DNA from: Candidatus Nanohaloarchaea archaeon
Lineage (GTDB): Archaea; Nanohalarchaeota; Nanosalinia; Nanosalinales; Nanosalinaceae
Assembly: GCA_014297435.1 (NCBI GenBank)
Contig: JACOQA010000003.1
Location: 96,001 to 160,000, forward strand
Direction of reading: 5' to 3'
DNA: 64,000 nt
Each line of letters starts with the position of its first letter. The stretch's first letter is position 1. Below the pieces are notes generated by a model that searched no databases, was not told where the DNA came from, and was given only the letters and a program-made list of their open reading frames with translations. Shown here one piece after another: positions 9,309-18,710 of the stretch. The position numbers and the translations under genes were made by a program.

Positions 9309-10766
9309 ATGCAGAGAGAATTCCTAGACCAGCTGATCAATCGCAACATCGTCAAACACCAAGTAGAATCATACAACCGTTTCGTCGAAGAACGAGTTAC
9401 CGCAATTCTTAACGAAGTCGGCGAGATCAAACCGGAGCTTCCGGACGGCGAAGAACTTGTAATCAAGATCGTCGACGTAAACATTGAAAGACCGAAGATC
9501 AACGAAGCCGACGGCTCAGTAAGAAAGATTACCCCGAAAGAAGCCCGAATGCGCGACCTAACATACTCCTCAGAGATCAAAGTCAAGATGACACCGATCT
9601 TCGAAGGAGTACAGCAGGAATCTGAAGAAGTCACGATCGGAGAGATCCCTGTCATGGTCGGCTCAGACCTTTGCTGGTCAAGCGACTGGGACGAAGAAGA
9701 GAAAAGAGAGCATGGAGAAGACCCAGAGGATCCTGGAGCATACTTCATCATCAACGGATCAGAAAAAACACTGATCTGTATGGAAGAAATGGTTAACAAC
9801 AAGCCAATCTACCAGGACGACGACGGAGAGCAGACATGCAGAATTAACTCCGAGAACCAGGGTTATGTTCAGAGACACGTTCTCAGAAGAGATGGAGACG
9901 TCGTAAACATTTCATTCGCAAACGTCAAGAAAACACCGGCAGTCTCACTTCTAAGAGCACTAGGACTCGAAACCGACAAAGAAATAGTTGAAGCAATCGG
10001 CGAAGAGTACGCTTCCGAAGTCTACCTAAACATGTACGAAACAGGAGCATCAAACAAGGAAGAAGCCTACGAGTACGTAGCCAACCAGGCAGGAATCACA
10101 AATGACATCGAGGAAAGAGTCGACTCGATTCTTGACGAATATCTTCTACCACACCTAGGTCAAGAACCTGATATGAGAGAAGAGAAAGCAGAGTTCCTCG
10201 CAACACTGCTCAGGAACACTATCGCTCTCGGTAAAGGAGACATCAAAGAGGACGACATGGACCACTACGCAAACAAGAGGCTCAACCTTGCAGGAGAACT
10301 TCTTGAGATGCAGTTCAGATCCGTCTTCCTTGGAAAATGGGGTCTCCTGGCACGAATGAAATACAACTTCAGAAAATCCGCTAAGAGAGGAAGACTTCCA
10401 TCCCTACAATCCACTATCGTTTCAGATACACTAACAAAACAGATTATGGGCGCTATGGCTACCGGAAACTGGGTTGGCGGAAGAACAGGTATCTGTCAGA
10501 GACTTGACAGAGGAAACAGAATCAAGACACTTGCCCACCTCAGAAACGTTGTCTCGCCGCTCAGCTCGGAAAGACAGCACTTCGAGGCAAGAGATCTACA
10601 CCCAACACAGTGGGGTAGAATCGGACCGATCAAGACGCCGGAAGGTATGAACATCGGACTTCGTACCCATCTGGCTATGTCCGCAAACGTCTCAACAGGA
10701 CTCAACGACATGGAGAGGAACTCGTTGAAAGCCCAGCTCGCTGACATCGGGCTGGACACCATGTAG
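9309..10766 (+). CDS. rpoB2: RNA polymerase subunit B'' (Rpo2N)
   Basis: GAYFIINGSEK, EARDLHPTQWGR, TPEG.NIGL. Confidence 0.96.
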   Translation: MQREFLDQLINRNIVKHQVESYNRFVEERVTAILNEVGEIKPELPDGEELVIKIVDVNIERPKINEADGSVRKITPKEARMRDLTYSSEIKVKMTPIFEGVQQESEEVTIGEIPVMVGSDLCWSSDWDEEEKREHGEDPEDPGAYFIINGSEKTLICMEEMVNNKPIYQDDDGEQTCRINSENQGYVQRHVLRRDGDVVNISFANVKKTPAVSLLRALGLETDKEIVEAIGEEYASEVYLNMYETGASNKEEAYEYVANQAGITNDIEERVDSILDEYLLPHLGQEPDMREEKAEFLATLLRNTIALGKGDIKEDDMDHYANKRLNLAGELLEMQFRSVFLGKWGLLARMKYNFRKSAKRGRLPSLQSTIVSDTLTKQIMGAMATGNWVGGRTGICQRLDRGNRIKTLAHLRNVVSPLSSERQHFEARDLHPTQWGRIGPIKTPEGMNIGLRTHLAMSANVSTGLNDMERNSLKAQLADIGLDTM

Positions 10767-10778
10767 GTGATCAAGAAA

Positions 10779-10859
10779 ATGAGAAAAAATACTATGAACA
10801 CGAAACTAGAAGCCACTGAAAATTTCAGAAACCAAGCAGAGGTGAACAAGCTTGACTAA
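10779..10859 (+). CDS. Putative 26-aa mini-ORF between rpoB'' and rpoB'
   Basis: AGGTGA SD then ATG; MRKNTMNTKLEATENFRNQAEVNKLD*; overlaps the TTG start of rpoB'. Confidence 0.35.
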   Translation: MRKNTMNTKLEATENFRNQAEVNKLD

Positions 10860-12657
10860 AGTATTCTTGGACGGAGAGATCGTCGATGAGATCGACGAAC
10901 CTGAAGAGATCAAGGAATCTCTTATTGAAAAGAGAAGATCCGGAGAGATCGACAAGCAGGTCTCAGTCTACTATGCAGAGGACAAGGATGAAGTAAGGAT
11001 TAACTCCGATGCAGGAAGAGTACAGAGACCGGTAATTATTGTCGAAGACGGAGAACCTCAGATGGGAGAAGAGCAGGAAGAAAAGCTCAAGAAAGGTGAG
11101 ATCACACTACAGGATCTCGAACAGGAAGGCGTTATCGAATATATTGACGCTGAAGAGGAAGAAAACACCTACGTCGCTATGGACGAAGACGAAGTAACTG
11201 AAGAACATACACACATGGAAATTGATCCGGCGATCACGCACGGACTTTCCGCATCACTAGTTGTCTTCCCTCAGCACAACAGAGGAGACCGTGTCAACTT
11301 CGGAGCAAAGATGTCCGGTCAGGGAATCGGAATGCACACCAGAGAGTTCCACCAGAGATTTGACACGAACGCAAACGTTCTCAGCTACCCACAGCAGCCG
11401 ATCACAGAAACACAGACATACGACACGCTACTCGAGAACCATCCAATCGGACAGAACATGGTTGTAGCGATCGCTTCGTTCGACGGCTACAACATCGAGG
11501 ACTCGGTAATCATGAACCAGTCCTCTGTCGACAGAGGTCTTGCAAGATCAACATACATGCGTACCTACAAGACAGAAGCACAGAGATTCTGGGGAGGCCA
11601 GAAAGACGAGATCGGAGTCCCTAACAAAGATGTTAGAGGTTACAGATCTGAAGACGCTTATTCACAGCTAGATCAAGACGGAATCGTCAACCCCGAAACA
11701 GAAGTTGATTCGGATGACGTACTAGTCGGTAAGACTTCGCCTCCAAAGTTCCTTGGATCGGGCAGCACCAGCGACGAAGTAAAAATGGGGCTGGCAGACA
11801 GAAGAGAGACCTCTCTAACAGTAAGACACGGAGAAACAGGAAAGGTCGACCACGTCATGGTCTCAGAGACCGGCGAAGGCGACAAACTGATCAAGATGAA
11901 GCTCAGGAACTACAGAATACCTGAACTCGGCGACAAGTTTGCGACAAGGCACGGACAGAAGGGTGTTGTCGGAATGATCGCACCTGAAGAAAACATGCCT
12001 TTCACCAAACAGGGAATAACTCCTGACATGATTCTATCAACACACGCTATCCCAAGCCGTATGACAGTATCACAGCTGATCGAGATTATCGGAGGAAAAG
12101 TCGGAGCACTGCGTGGAGAGAAAGTTGACGGAACAGCATTCCACTCAGAGGACAAAGACGACCTCAGAGATCAGCTTGAGGACCTAGGATTCGAATCAAA
12201 CGGCAAGGAGGTCATGTACGATGGAGTTACCGGCGAGAAGATGGAAGCCGAGATCCTTATCGGACCAGGATACTACTTGAAGCTAGACCACCAGGTCGGA
12301 GACAAGATCCACGCAAGAGCAAGAGGACCTGTAACACTCCTCACAAAACAGCCTACAGAAGGACGCTCACAGGAAGGAGGACTCAGACTTGGAGAGATGG
12401 AAAAGGACGTCTTCGTAGGACACGGAGCATCCCTACTTCTCAAAGAAAGATTCGGAGCCGACTCCACAGAGATCTATGTAGACGACGAAACAGGGGAGAT
12501 CGGTTACTACGACAAGGAACAGGACATACGTGTCAAGCCTGGCGGAGAACCAGGAGACCTCGACAAGACCGAGGTACCACACGCATTCCTCCTGCTGTTG
12601 AACGAGTTGAAATCACTCATGATAGACACAGAACTAAACCTGGAGGACGAAGAATAG
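10852..12657 (+). CDS. rpoB1: RNA polymerase subunit B' (Rpo2C)
   Basis: GYNIEDS, GDKFATRHGQKG, GGLRLGEME; TTG start with GAGGTG SD. Confidence 0.97.
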   Translation: MTKVFLDGEIVDEIDEPEEIKESLIEKRRSGEIDKQVSVYYAEDKDEVRINSDAGRVQRPVIIVEDGEPQMGEEQEEKLKKGEITLQDLEQEGVIEYIDAEEEENTYVAMDEDEVTEEHTHMEIDPAITHGLSASLVVFPQHNRGDRVNFGAKMSGQGIGMHTREFHQRFDTNANVLSYPQQPITETQTYDTLLENHPIGQNMVVAIASFDGYNIEDSVIMNQSSVDRGLARSTYMRTYKTEAQRFWGGQKDEIGVPNKDVRGYRSEDAYSQLDQDGIVNPETEVDSDDVLVGKTSPPKFLGSGSTSDEVKMGLADRRETSLTVRHGETGKVDHVMVSETGEGDKLIKMKLRNYRIPELGDKFATRHGQKGVVGMIAPEENMPFTKQGITPDMILSTHAIPSRMTVSQLIEIIGGKVGALRGEKVDGTAFHSEDKDDLRDQLEDLGFESNGKEVMYDGVTGEKMEAEILIGPGYYLKLDHQVGDKIHARARGPVTLLTKQPTEGRSQEGGLRLGEMEKDVFVGHGASLLLKERFGADSTEIYVDDETGEIGYYDKEQDIRVKPGGEPGDLDKTEVPHAFLLLLNELKSLMIDTELNLEDEE

Positions 12658-12669
12658 AGGTGATCAAGC

Positions 12670-15138
12670 ATGAAGAACATTGAAAGCATCGACTTTGGAA
12701 TTCTGAGCTCGGAAAAAGTTCAGAGAATGGCCGTAAAAGAAATCACAAAGGCAGAGGTCTACGACGCCGACGGATATCCTGTAGAGGACGGCGTCATGGA
12801 TCCTGCACTAGGAGTTATCGATCCTGGCATGACCTGTCCAACAGACGGACAGAGAGCCAGAGAAACAAACGGTCACTTCGGAATGATCACGCTCTCACGT
12901 CCAGTAGTCCACGTACTTCACAACAAGAAGGTAAGAAACCTTCTCAGATTTACATGTCATGAGTGCCACACACTGGCTATTAAGGACGAGAACAAGTCAC
13001 TTAGAAAGTCCAACATGCCTAAGGAGTGTCCTGAATGTGGTACAGAGACCGAGGACGTTGATTTAGACAAACCTTATACTTACTATGATGAAGATGGAGA
13101 GGAACTGAAGCCTGAAGACATCGAGGAACGTTTCGAAAAGATCAGCGATGAAGCAGCAGCAACGCTTGGAGTTGAAGGCGGAAGACCTGAAGATCTAATC
13201 ATTTCGCATCTTCCTGTACCGCCAGTAACGATGCGTCCTTCAATCACACTTGAGACAGGAGAAAGGTCTGAGGACGACATCACACACAAGCTTGTTGATA
13301 TTATCAGGATTAACAAGCGTCTTCAGAACAACATCGAGATCGAGGCACCGGAGTTCATTATCGACGACCTACACGAACTCCTACAGTACCACGTCTCTAC
13401 ACTGTTCTACAACGACATGAGCAACGTACCGCCGGCAAGGCACAGATCCGGAAGATCCCTGAAATCACTTATTGAAAGAGTTCAGGGCAAGGAAGGACGT
13501 TTCAGGCAGAACCTGATCGGGAAGAGAGTTAACTTCTCCGCCCGTACAGTTATCTCGCCAGACCCTAACATCGGGATCAACGAGGTAGGAGTGCCTTACG
13601 AGGTCGCGAAAAAGCTTACTATCAAGAGACAGGTCTCGGAAGACAATATAGAAGATGTACAGAAATGGATTGAGAACGGGAAAGAAGAGCATCCCGGCGT
13701 CAACTATGTCTTCCAGCCTGACGGAAGAAGGAGAAGAGTAACCGAAGAGAACAAGGAAGATCTTCTTGAGACTATCGAGCCTGGAGAAGGCTGGGAAGTC
13801 GAAAGACAGTTGATCGACGGCGACGTCGTACTGTTCAACAGACAGCCTTCACTCCACAGAATGTCGATCATGGCACACAAGGTAAGAGTGCTGCCTTACA
13901 GAACATTCAGAATCAACCCGAACGTCTGCGCGCCTTACAACGCAGACTTCGACGGTGACGAAATGAACCTGCACGTTCCACAGACAGAAGAATCGAGGGC
14001 TGAAGCAGAGGAACTTTTGAAGGTACAGGAGCACGTCAAGTCTCCTAAGACTGGAGGACCGATCATCGGCATGCTTCAGGACTATGTCTCCGGACTTTAC
14101 CTATTGACACAGGAGGATCTTGAGCTTTCCAGAGAGAAAGCGTTCAACCTTCTTGCCGAGGCAGGAGAACACGAGAAGTCGCTTCCTGAAGGAGAGACGA
14201 TTACAGGAAGAGAACTTGTCTCTATCTTCATACCTGACGACATTTCCATTACAATTAATGAGGGAGAGGCAAACGAGATCGTTATTGAGGACGGAACACT
14301 TGAGAAAGGTGTTCTTGAAGAAGACGCTCTCTCAGACTACGGTGGAGAGATTATTCAGCAGCTTAAGATCGAGTACGGATCAGACAAAGTTGCGGAGTTC
14401 CTCAACCGTGTCTCAACTATTGGAGCAGTATTCCTTACACGTAGAGGATTCTCTATCTCGATCGACGACCTCGAAGTTCCAGACGAAGCAACTGCAGATA
14501 TCAGAGGTCTTGTAGACCAGACGGTGGAGGACGCAGAAGAAGTAATTGGAGACTACAGGTCTGGAGAGATGGAGCCGATCACAGGTAAAACCCTTGAAGA
14601 GACGAGAGAAATCAGAGTGACACAGACACTCAACGAAGTCTTCACAGACATCGGAGAGATCATCCGAGACAATGTGGATGAAGAATCTTCAGCCTACATC
14701 ATGGCAGACTCCGGAGCTAGAGGTTCCATGGAGAACGTTACAACCATGGCCGGACTGCTTGGACAGAACTCTGTACGAAGCCAGAGAATTAACAGAGGTT
14801 ACAAGGAAAGAACAACCTCTCACTTCAAACGTGGAGAGCTAAGTCCAAAATCAAGAGGCTTCGTGGCTTCGAGCATCCTAGAAGGGCTTGATGCACAGGA
14901 GATGTTCTTCCACCAGATGTCACAGAGAAAGGCGCTGATGGACAAGTCGCTCCGTACGAAGACTTCCGGATACATGTATCGTAGGCTTTCCAACTCCCTG
15001 CAGGATCTGACGGTTCGAGAGGATCAGACAGTCCGGAACGCTCAGGATGATATCATCCAGTTCCGTGCAGGAGAGGACGGAGTCGATCCACAGAAATCCG
15101 ACAGAGGAATAATCTCTACGGAGATCGAAACCAACTAG
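12670..15138 (+). CDS. rpoA1: RNA polymerase subunit A' (Rpo1N)
   Basis: NADFDGDEMN catalytic motif, GKEGRFRQNL.GKRV, FNRQPSLH. Confidence 0.98.
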   Translation: MKNIESIDFGILSSEKVQRMAVKEITKAEVYDADGYPVEDGVMDPALGVIDPGMTCPTDGQRARETNGHFGMITLSRPVVHVLHNKKVRNLLRFTCHECHTLAIKDENKSLRKSNMPKECPECGTETEDVDLDKPYTYYDEDGEELKPEDIEERFEKISDEAAATLGVEGGRPEDLIISHLPVPPVTMRPSITLETGERSEDDITHKLVDIIRINKRLQNNIEIEAPEFIIDDLHELLQYHVSTLFYNDMSNVPPARHRSGRSLKSLIERVQGKEGRFRQNLIGKRVNFSARTVISPDPNIGINEVGVPYEVAKKLTIKRQVSEDNIEDVQKWIENGKEEHPGVNYVFQPDGRRRRVTEENKEDLLETIEPGEGWEVERQLIDGDVVLFNRQPSLHRMSIMAHKVRVLPYRTFRINPNVCAPYNADFDGDEMNLHVPQTEESRAEAEELLKVQEHVKSPKTGGPIIGMLQDYVSGLYLLTQEDLELSREKAFNLLAEAGEHEKSLPEGETITGRELVSIFIPDDISITINEGEANEIVIEDGTLEKGVLEEDALSDYGGEIIQQLKIEYGSDKVAEFLNRVSTIGAVFLTRRGFSISIDDLEVPDEATADIRGLVDQTVEDAEEVIGDYRSGEMEPITGKTLEETREIRVTQTLNEVFTDIGEIIRDNVDEESSAYIMADSGARGSMENVTTMAGLLGQNSVRSQRINRGYKERTTSHFKRGELSPKSRGFVASSILEGLDAQEMFFHQMSQRKALMDKSLRTKTSGYMYRRLSNSLQDLTVREDQTVRNAQDDIIQFRAGEDGVDPQKSDRGIISTEIETN

Positions 15139-15150
15139 AGGTGTTCAAGA

Positions 15151-16269
15151 ATGACAGACAACCAGATTTCATGGAAGGAAAGAGCAGAAAAACTGCCTGA
15201 AACTTACGAGGGCAGAGCTGACTCTGAAGATGAGAAAGAAAAACTGAAAGAACGTTACAGGCAGATGCAGTACGAGCCAGGAGAATCCATCGGTATTGTA
15301 GCCGCTGAGTCTCTTGGTGAGCCTGCCACGCAGCTTACTATGGAAACGTACCACGCAGCTGGTGCGGCACAGGTTTCGCTTACCGCAGGACTTCCAAGAC
15401 TCGAGGAAATTGTGGACGCAAGAAGAAATCCAAAGACACCAGCTATGGACGTCTACCTCCATGAAGATTACAACTCTGAGGAGGAAGCCAAGAAAGTTGC
15501 AAGAAAACTGAGAGAAGTTAAGTTCGGCGATCTAATTAAGAAGGATACTCTTGACATCATGCAGCTCAAAGTCGAGTACGAACTAAACAAAGATCTTCTT
15601 GAGGACTATGACGTCGACCTTGAAGACGTAAAGTCTCGGATCAAGGAGAAGGCGAAGAGAGCCAAGATATCCACAGAAGGAGATACGAAGCTTGTACTTG
15701 AATCGAACGAGGACGACTACGACCTCAGAGACCTGAAGGACTTAAAGACAAAGTCCGAAGATGCCCGAATTAAGGGAATCAAGGGTATTGAACAGGTTGT
15801 TGTTAACGAACAGGATGATGAGTGGAGACTTCAGACTGCAGGAACCTCGCTCAGAAAGACCTTGAAGATCAAGGAAGTAGATGAGAACAGAACGATTTCT
15901 AACGATCTTTACGAGGTCAAGTCTGTACTCGGAGTTGAAGCCTTGAGAAAGAGAATTATCTCCGAGATCAACGACACTCTGGACGCCCAGGGTATTGGCG
16001 TGGACGATAGACACATCATGCTTCTTGCAGATATGATGACGAAGGAAGGAGAACTCAACGGAACCACAAGATACGGAATCGTGGGTAACAAGGAGTCAAT
16101 CCTTGCAAGATCTGCGTTCGAGGAGACGAAGAAGCATCTCACAACCGGTTCTCTCAGAGGAGAGAAGGACGATCTCGAGGGAATCAACGAAAACCTAATG
16201 GTAGGACAAGCGGTACCAGCCGGAACCGGTCTAATCGACCTAAAGCCTGGGTTCAGCGATGATGAATAG
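15151..16269 (+). CDS. rpoA2: RNA polymerase subunit A'' (Rpo1C)
   Basis: GEP.TQ.T..T.H trigger loop, GLPRLEEIVDAR, LARSAFE. Confidence 0.96.
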   Translation: MTDNQISWKERAEKLPETYEGRADSEDEKEKLKERYRQMQYEPGESIGIVAAESLGEPATQLTMETYHAAGAAQVSLTAGLPRLEEIVDARRNPKTPAMDVYLHEDYNSEEEAKKVARKLREVKFGDLIKKDTLDIMQLKVEYELNKDLLEDYDVDLEDVKSRIKEKAKRAKISTEGDTKLVLESNEDDYDLRDLKDLKTKSEDARIKGIKGIEQVVVNEQDDEWRLQTAGTSLRKTLKIKEVDENRTISNDLYEVKSVLGVEALRKRIISEINDTLDAQGIGVDDRHIMLLADMMTKEGELNGTTRYGIVGNKESILARSAFEETKKHLTTGSLRGEKDDLEGINENLMVGQAVPAGTGLIDLKPGFSDDE

Positions 16270-16348
16270 CGCAGAACCAGGTAATGGTTTATAAAAGCTG
16301 GGTCCGTATCTAAACCTACAAACTTCACATATTTCTAGAGGATACGAC

Positions 16349-16768
16349 ATGGCAACAGTAACATACGACACCGAAAACATCCGAGCGATGAGCCTTTTCG
16401 AATCCATTACCGGAGTCGAAGCAAGAGACGTCATCCTGGAGGACGACGATGCATACTTCATCGTACCTGAAGGGAAGGCAGGAATGGCAATCGGCAAAGG
16501 AGGAAAAGTAGTAAAGAAAGTTCAGAACAACCTAGGCAAAAACGTCAAAGTATACGAGTACAGCGACAACCTAGGAAAGTTCCTCAACAACATTGTGCCG
16601 GTCAACCTAAGAGGAGTCGACATCGAAGACGAAGACTCCAAAGAAGTAGAGATCTCCGTTGCAAGGGACAAGAAAGGCAGAGTTGTCGGAAAGAACGGTA
16701 ACAAGATCGACTCGATCCGTGACATCCTGCAGAGGACTCATGGCGTCGACGAAGTTTCAGTAGAGTAA
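16349..16768 (+). CDS. nusA: Archaeal NusA (KH domains)
   Basis: G.AIGKGG and VGKNG KH loops; follows rpoA''. Confidence 0.93.
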   Translation: MATVTYDTENIRAMSLFESITGVEARDVILEDDDAYFIVPEGKAGMAIGKGGKVVKKVQNNLGKNVKVYEYSDNLGKFLNNIVPVNLRGVDIEDEDSKEVEISVARDKKGRVVGKNGNKIDSIRDILQRTHGVDEVSVE

Positions 16769-16804
16769 AGACGTAAAAGTACCGGTTCTCCATGTAAACT
16801 CTAC

Positions 16805-17107
16805 ATGGTAGAAACTCAACGCTTCTGTCCTAACTGCGGTTCAACGGACGTAGGACCGGATATGCGGAAGACCAACCTACTGGGAGAAGCCGTATTCAAC
16901 CAGAACAAATGGCTCTGCAACGAATGCGGTTATACAGGTATAATGCCGGAGGGCGATCCTGAAGACGAATCTTCTCAGGAGATGGATTTTGAACCGCCTG
17001 AGGACTACCCGCAACAGGACTTTGATGCCGGAAGAGCCTACTTCAAGTACTTCATCTACATATCTATCCCGGCTCTAATAATCTACTTTCTGTATCTTCA
17101 GCTGTAA
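16805..17107 (+). CDS. Zinc-ribbon protein with C-terminal TM helix
   Basis: CPNCGS...CNECGY; hydrophobic C-terminus. Confidence 0.75.
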   Translation: MVETQRFCPNCGSTDVGPDMRKTNLLGEAVFNQNKWLCNECGYTGIMPEGDPEDESSQEMDFEPPEDYPQQDFDAGRAYFKYFIYISIPALIIYFLYLQL

Positions 17108-17137
17108 CTTTTATTCGAGCTATTCGAACCAAAAGAT

Positions 17138-18694
17138 ATGCCCGGAAGAATAGAAGAGATGGAGAGATTTGAACATATCCTGAAGGTTCTAGCAGAGGAA
17201 GGCTTCGGATCTGCACTCGACAGGATGGATCTGATGCATCACGTACCTGTCGCAAGAAAGATGTCAACACGACAGAAAAAGCCGGGTCCGGAAAGACTTA
17301 GAGAGACCTTCGAAGAGCTGGGTCCTGCATTCATCAAGTTCGGACAGATAATGTCGGAGAGACCTGACCTGATACCTGAAAAATATACCGAAGAGCTAGA
17401 GAAACTGGAAGACTCCGCCCCCAAAGTAGATTACGAAGAGATAGAAAAAATAGTTGGTGACGAGATCGGACTCGAAAAGTTTGATAGATTTGAGAACGAG
17501 CCTATAGCCTCGGCATCTATAGCTCAAGTACACAAAGCTGTTTTGGATGGGAAGGAAGTTGCTGTTAAAGTTAGGAGACCTGACATACAGGAGCGGATGG
17601 ATGAAGACCTGCGTATAATCAGGTACCTAGCTACGAAAGCCGACAAACAACTTGATATAGGAGGAAACATGTTGAAGAAAGAGGCTGAGGAGTTTGCCAG
17701 ATGGACGAGGGACGAGCTTGATTTCGAGAAAGAAGCAAGAAACCTTGAACGATTCCAGAAAAATCTGGAGGACGAGGAAAAGATATTTGTTCCAGATGTT
17801 TATACAGATATTTCTACACGAAAAGTTCTGGTGATGGAGTATGTTGACGCCTTAAAGTGTGACAATACTGAAGCGATGCAGGATCTGGATGTCGACCAGA
17901 AAGAAATCGCAAGAACCGGACTCCGCTCATTCCTCAAACAGCTTCTGCGGGACGGATTTATTCATGTAGATCCTCATCCCTCCAACTTTATGGTAAAAGA
18001 CACAGGAGAACTTGTCTACCTTGATTTCGGCATGATGGCGGATATATCGCCCTCGATGCAGAAAGATATCGGCATGCTGATGATTCACACCTACAACGAG
18101 GACGTTGATCGATTCATGAATACGATAACAGCTATGTCAACTGTTGAGGAAGATGCCGATCTTGAATCGCTCAGGAAAGAAGTTGAGAGAATGGTCATAG
18201 ACTTGAGAGATGCGAAACTCGAGGAAACAAGTATTTCAACGAGTTTGATGCACATAGCAAAGACAGCCGCCGACAAAGGAGTCTACCTTCCTACAAGGTT
18301 CGTCTTGATAGGCAAAGGACTTGTGACCATGGAAGGCATCGGATTAAAGATATATCCCGATTTCGAGTTCAACGACGAGTATCAGAGGATTGTCGAGGAA
18401 CAATTAGCAGAGAACACAGCGAATCCCTCAGAAATCAGTAAATCGCTAGCGTTCAATTTGGTAGAGAACAAGGATCTAGTAACAGATCTGCCAGGGAAGC
18501 TTAACAGAGCGCTTGAACAGGCAGGAAAACCGGATAGAGTTAAGGTCGAAAGTCAGACCCCGGATCTTGTTGTTCCATCTCTGATTGTTGGTTCTGCTAT
18601 AGTTCTTTCAAGCTCCATGAAGAATCGGATGGCTGTCGGTCTCGGAATTCTAGGTTTAGGATATGCCTCACTCCTCTACATGAAGGAACGTTAG
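17138..18694 (+). CDS. ABC1/UbiB (AarF) family atypical kinase
   Basis: LGPAFIKFGQ, IASASIAQVHKA, VAVKV, H.DPHP.N, DFG; C-terminal hydrophobic helices. Confidence 0.93.
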   Translation: MPGRIEEMERFEHILKVLAEEGFGSALDRMDLMHHVPVARKMSTRQKKPGPERLRETFEELGPAFIKFGQIMSERPDLIPEKYTEELEKLEDSAPKVDYEEIEKIVGDEIGLEKFDRFENEPIASASIAQVHKAVLDGKEVAVKVRRPDIQERMDEDLRIIRYLATKADKQLDIGGNMLKKEAEEFARWTRDELDFEKEARNLERFQKNLEDEEKIFVPDVYTDISTRKVLVMEYVDALKCDNTEAMQDLDVDQKEIARTGLRSFLKQLLRDGFIHVDPHPSNFMVKDTGELVYLDFGMMADISPSMQKDIGMLMIHTYNEDVDRFMNTITAMSTVEEDADLESLRKEVERMVIDLRDAKLEETSISTSLMHIAKTAADKGVYLPTRFVLIGKGLVTMEGIGLKIYPDFEFNDEYQRIVEEQLAENTANPSEISKSLAFNLVENKDLVTDLPGKLNRALEQAGKPDRVKVESQTPDLVVPSLIVGSAIVLSSSMKNRMAVGLGILGLGYASLLYMKER

Positions 18695-18710
18695 TTTTAT
18701 CCGTAAGAGT

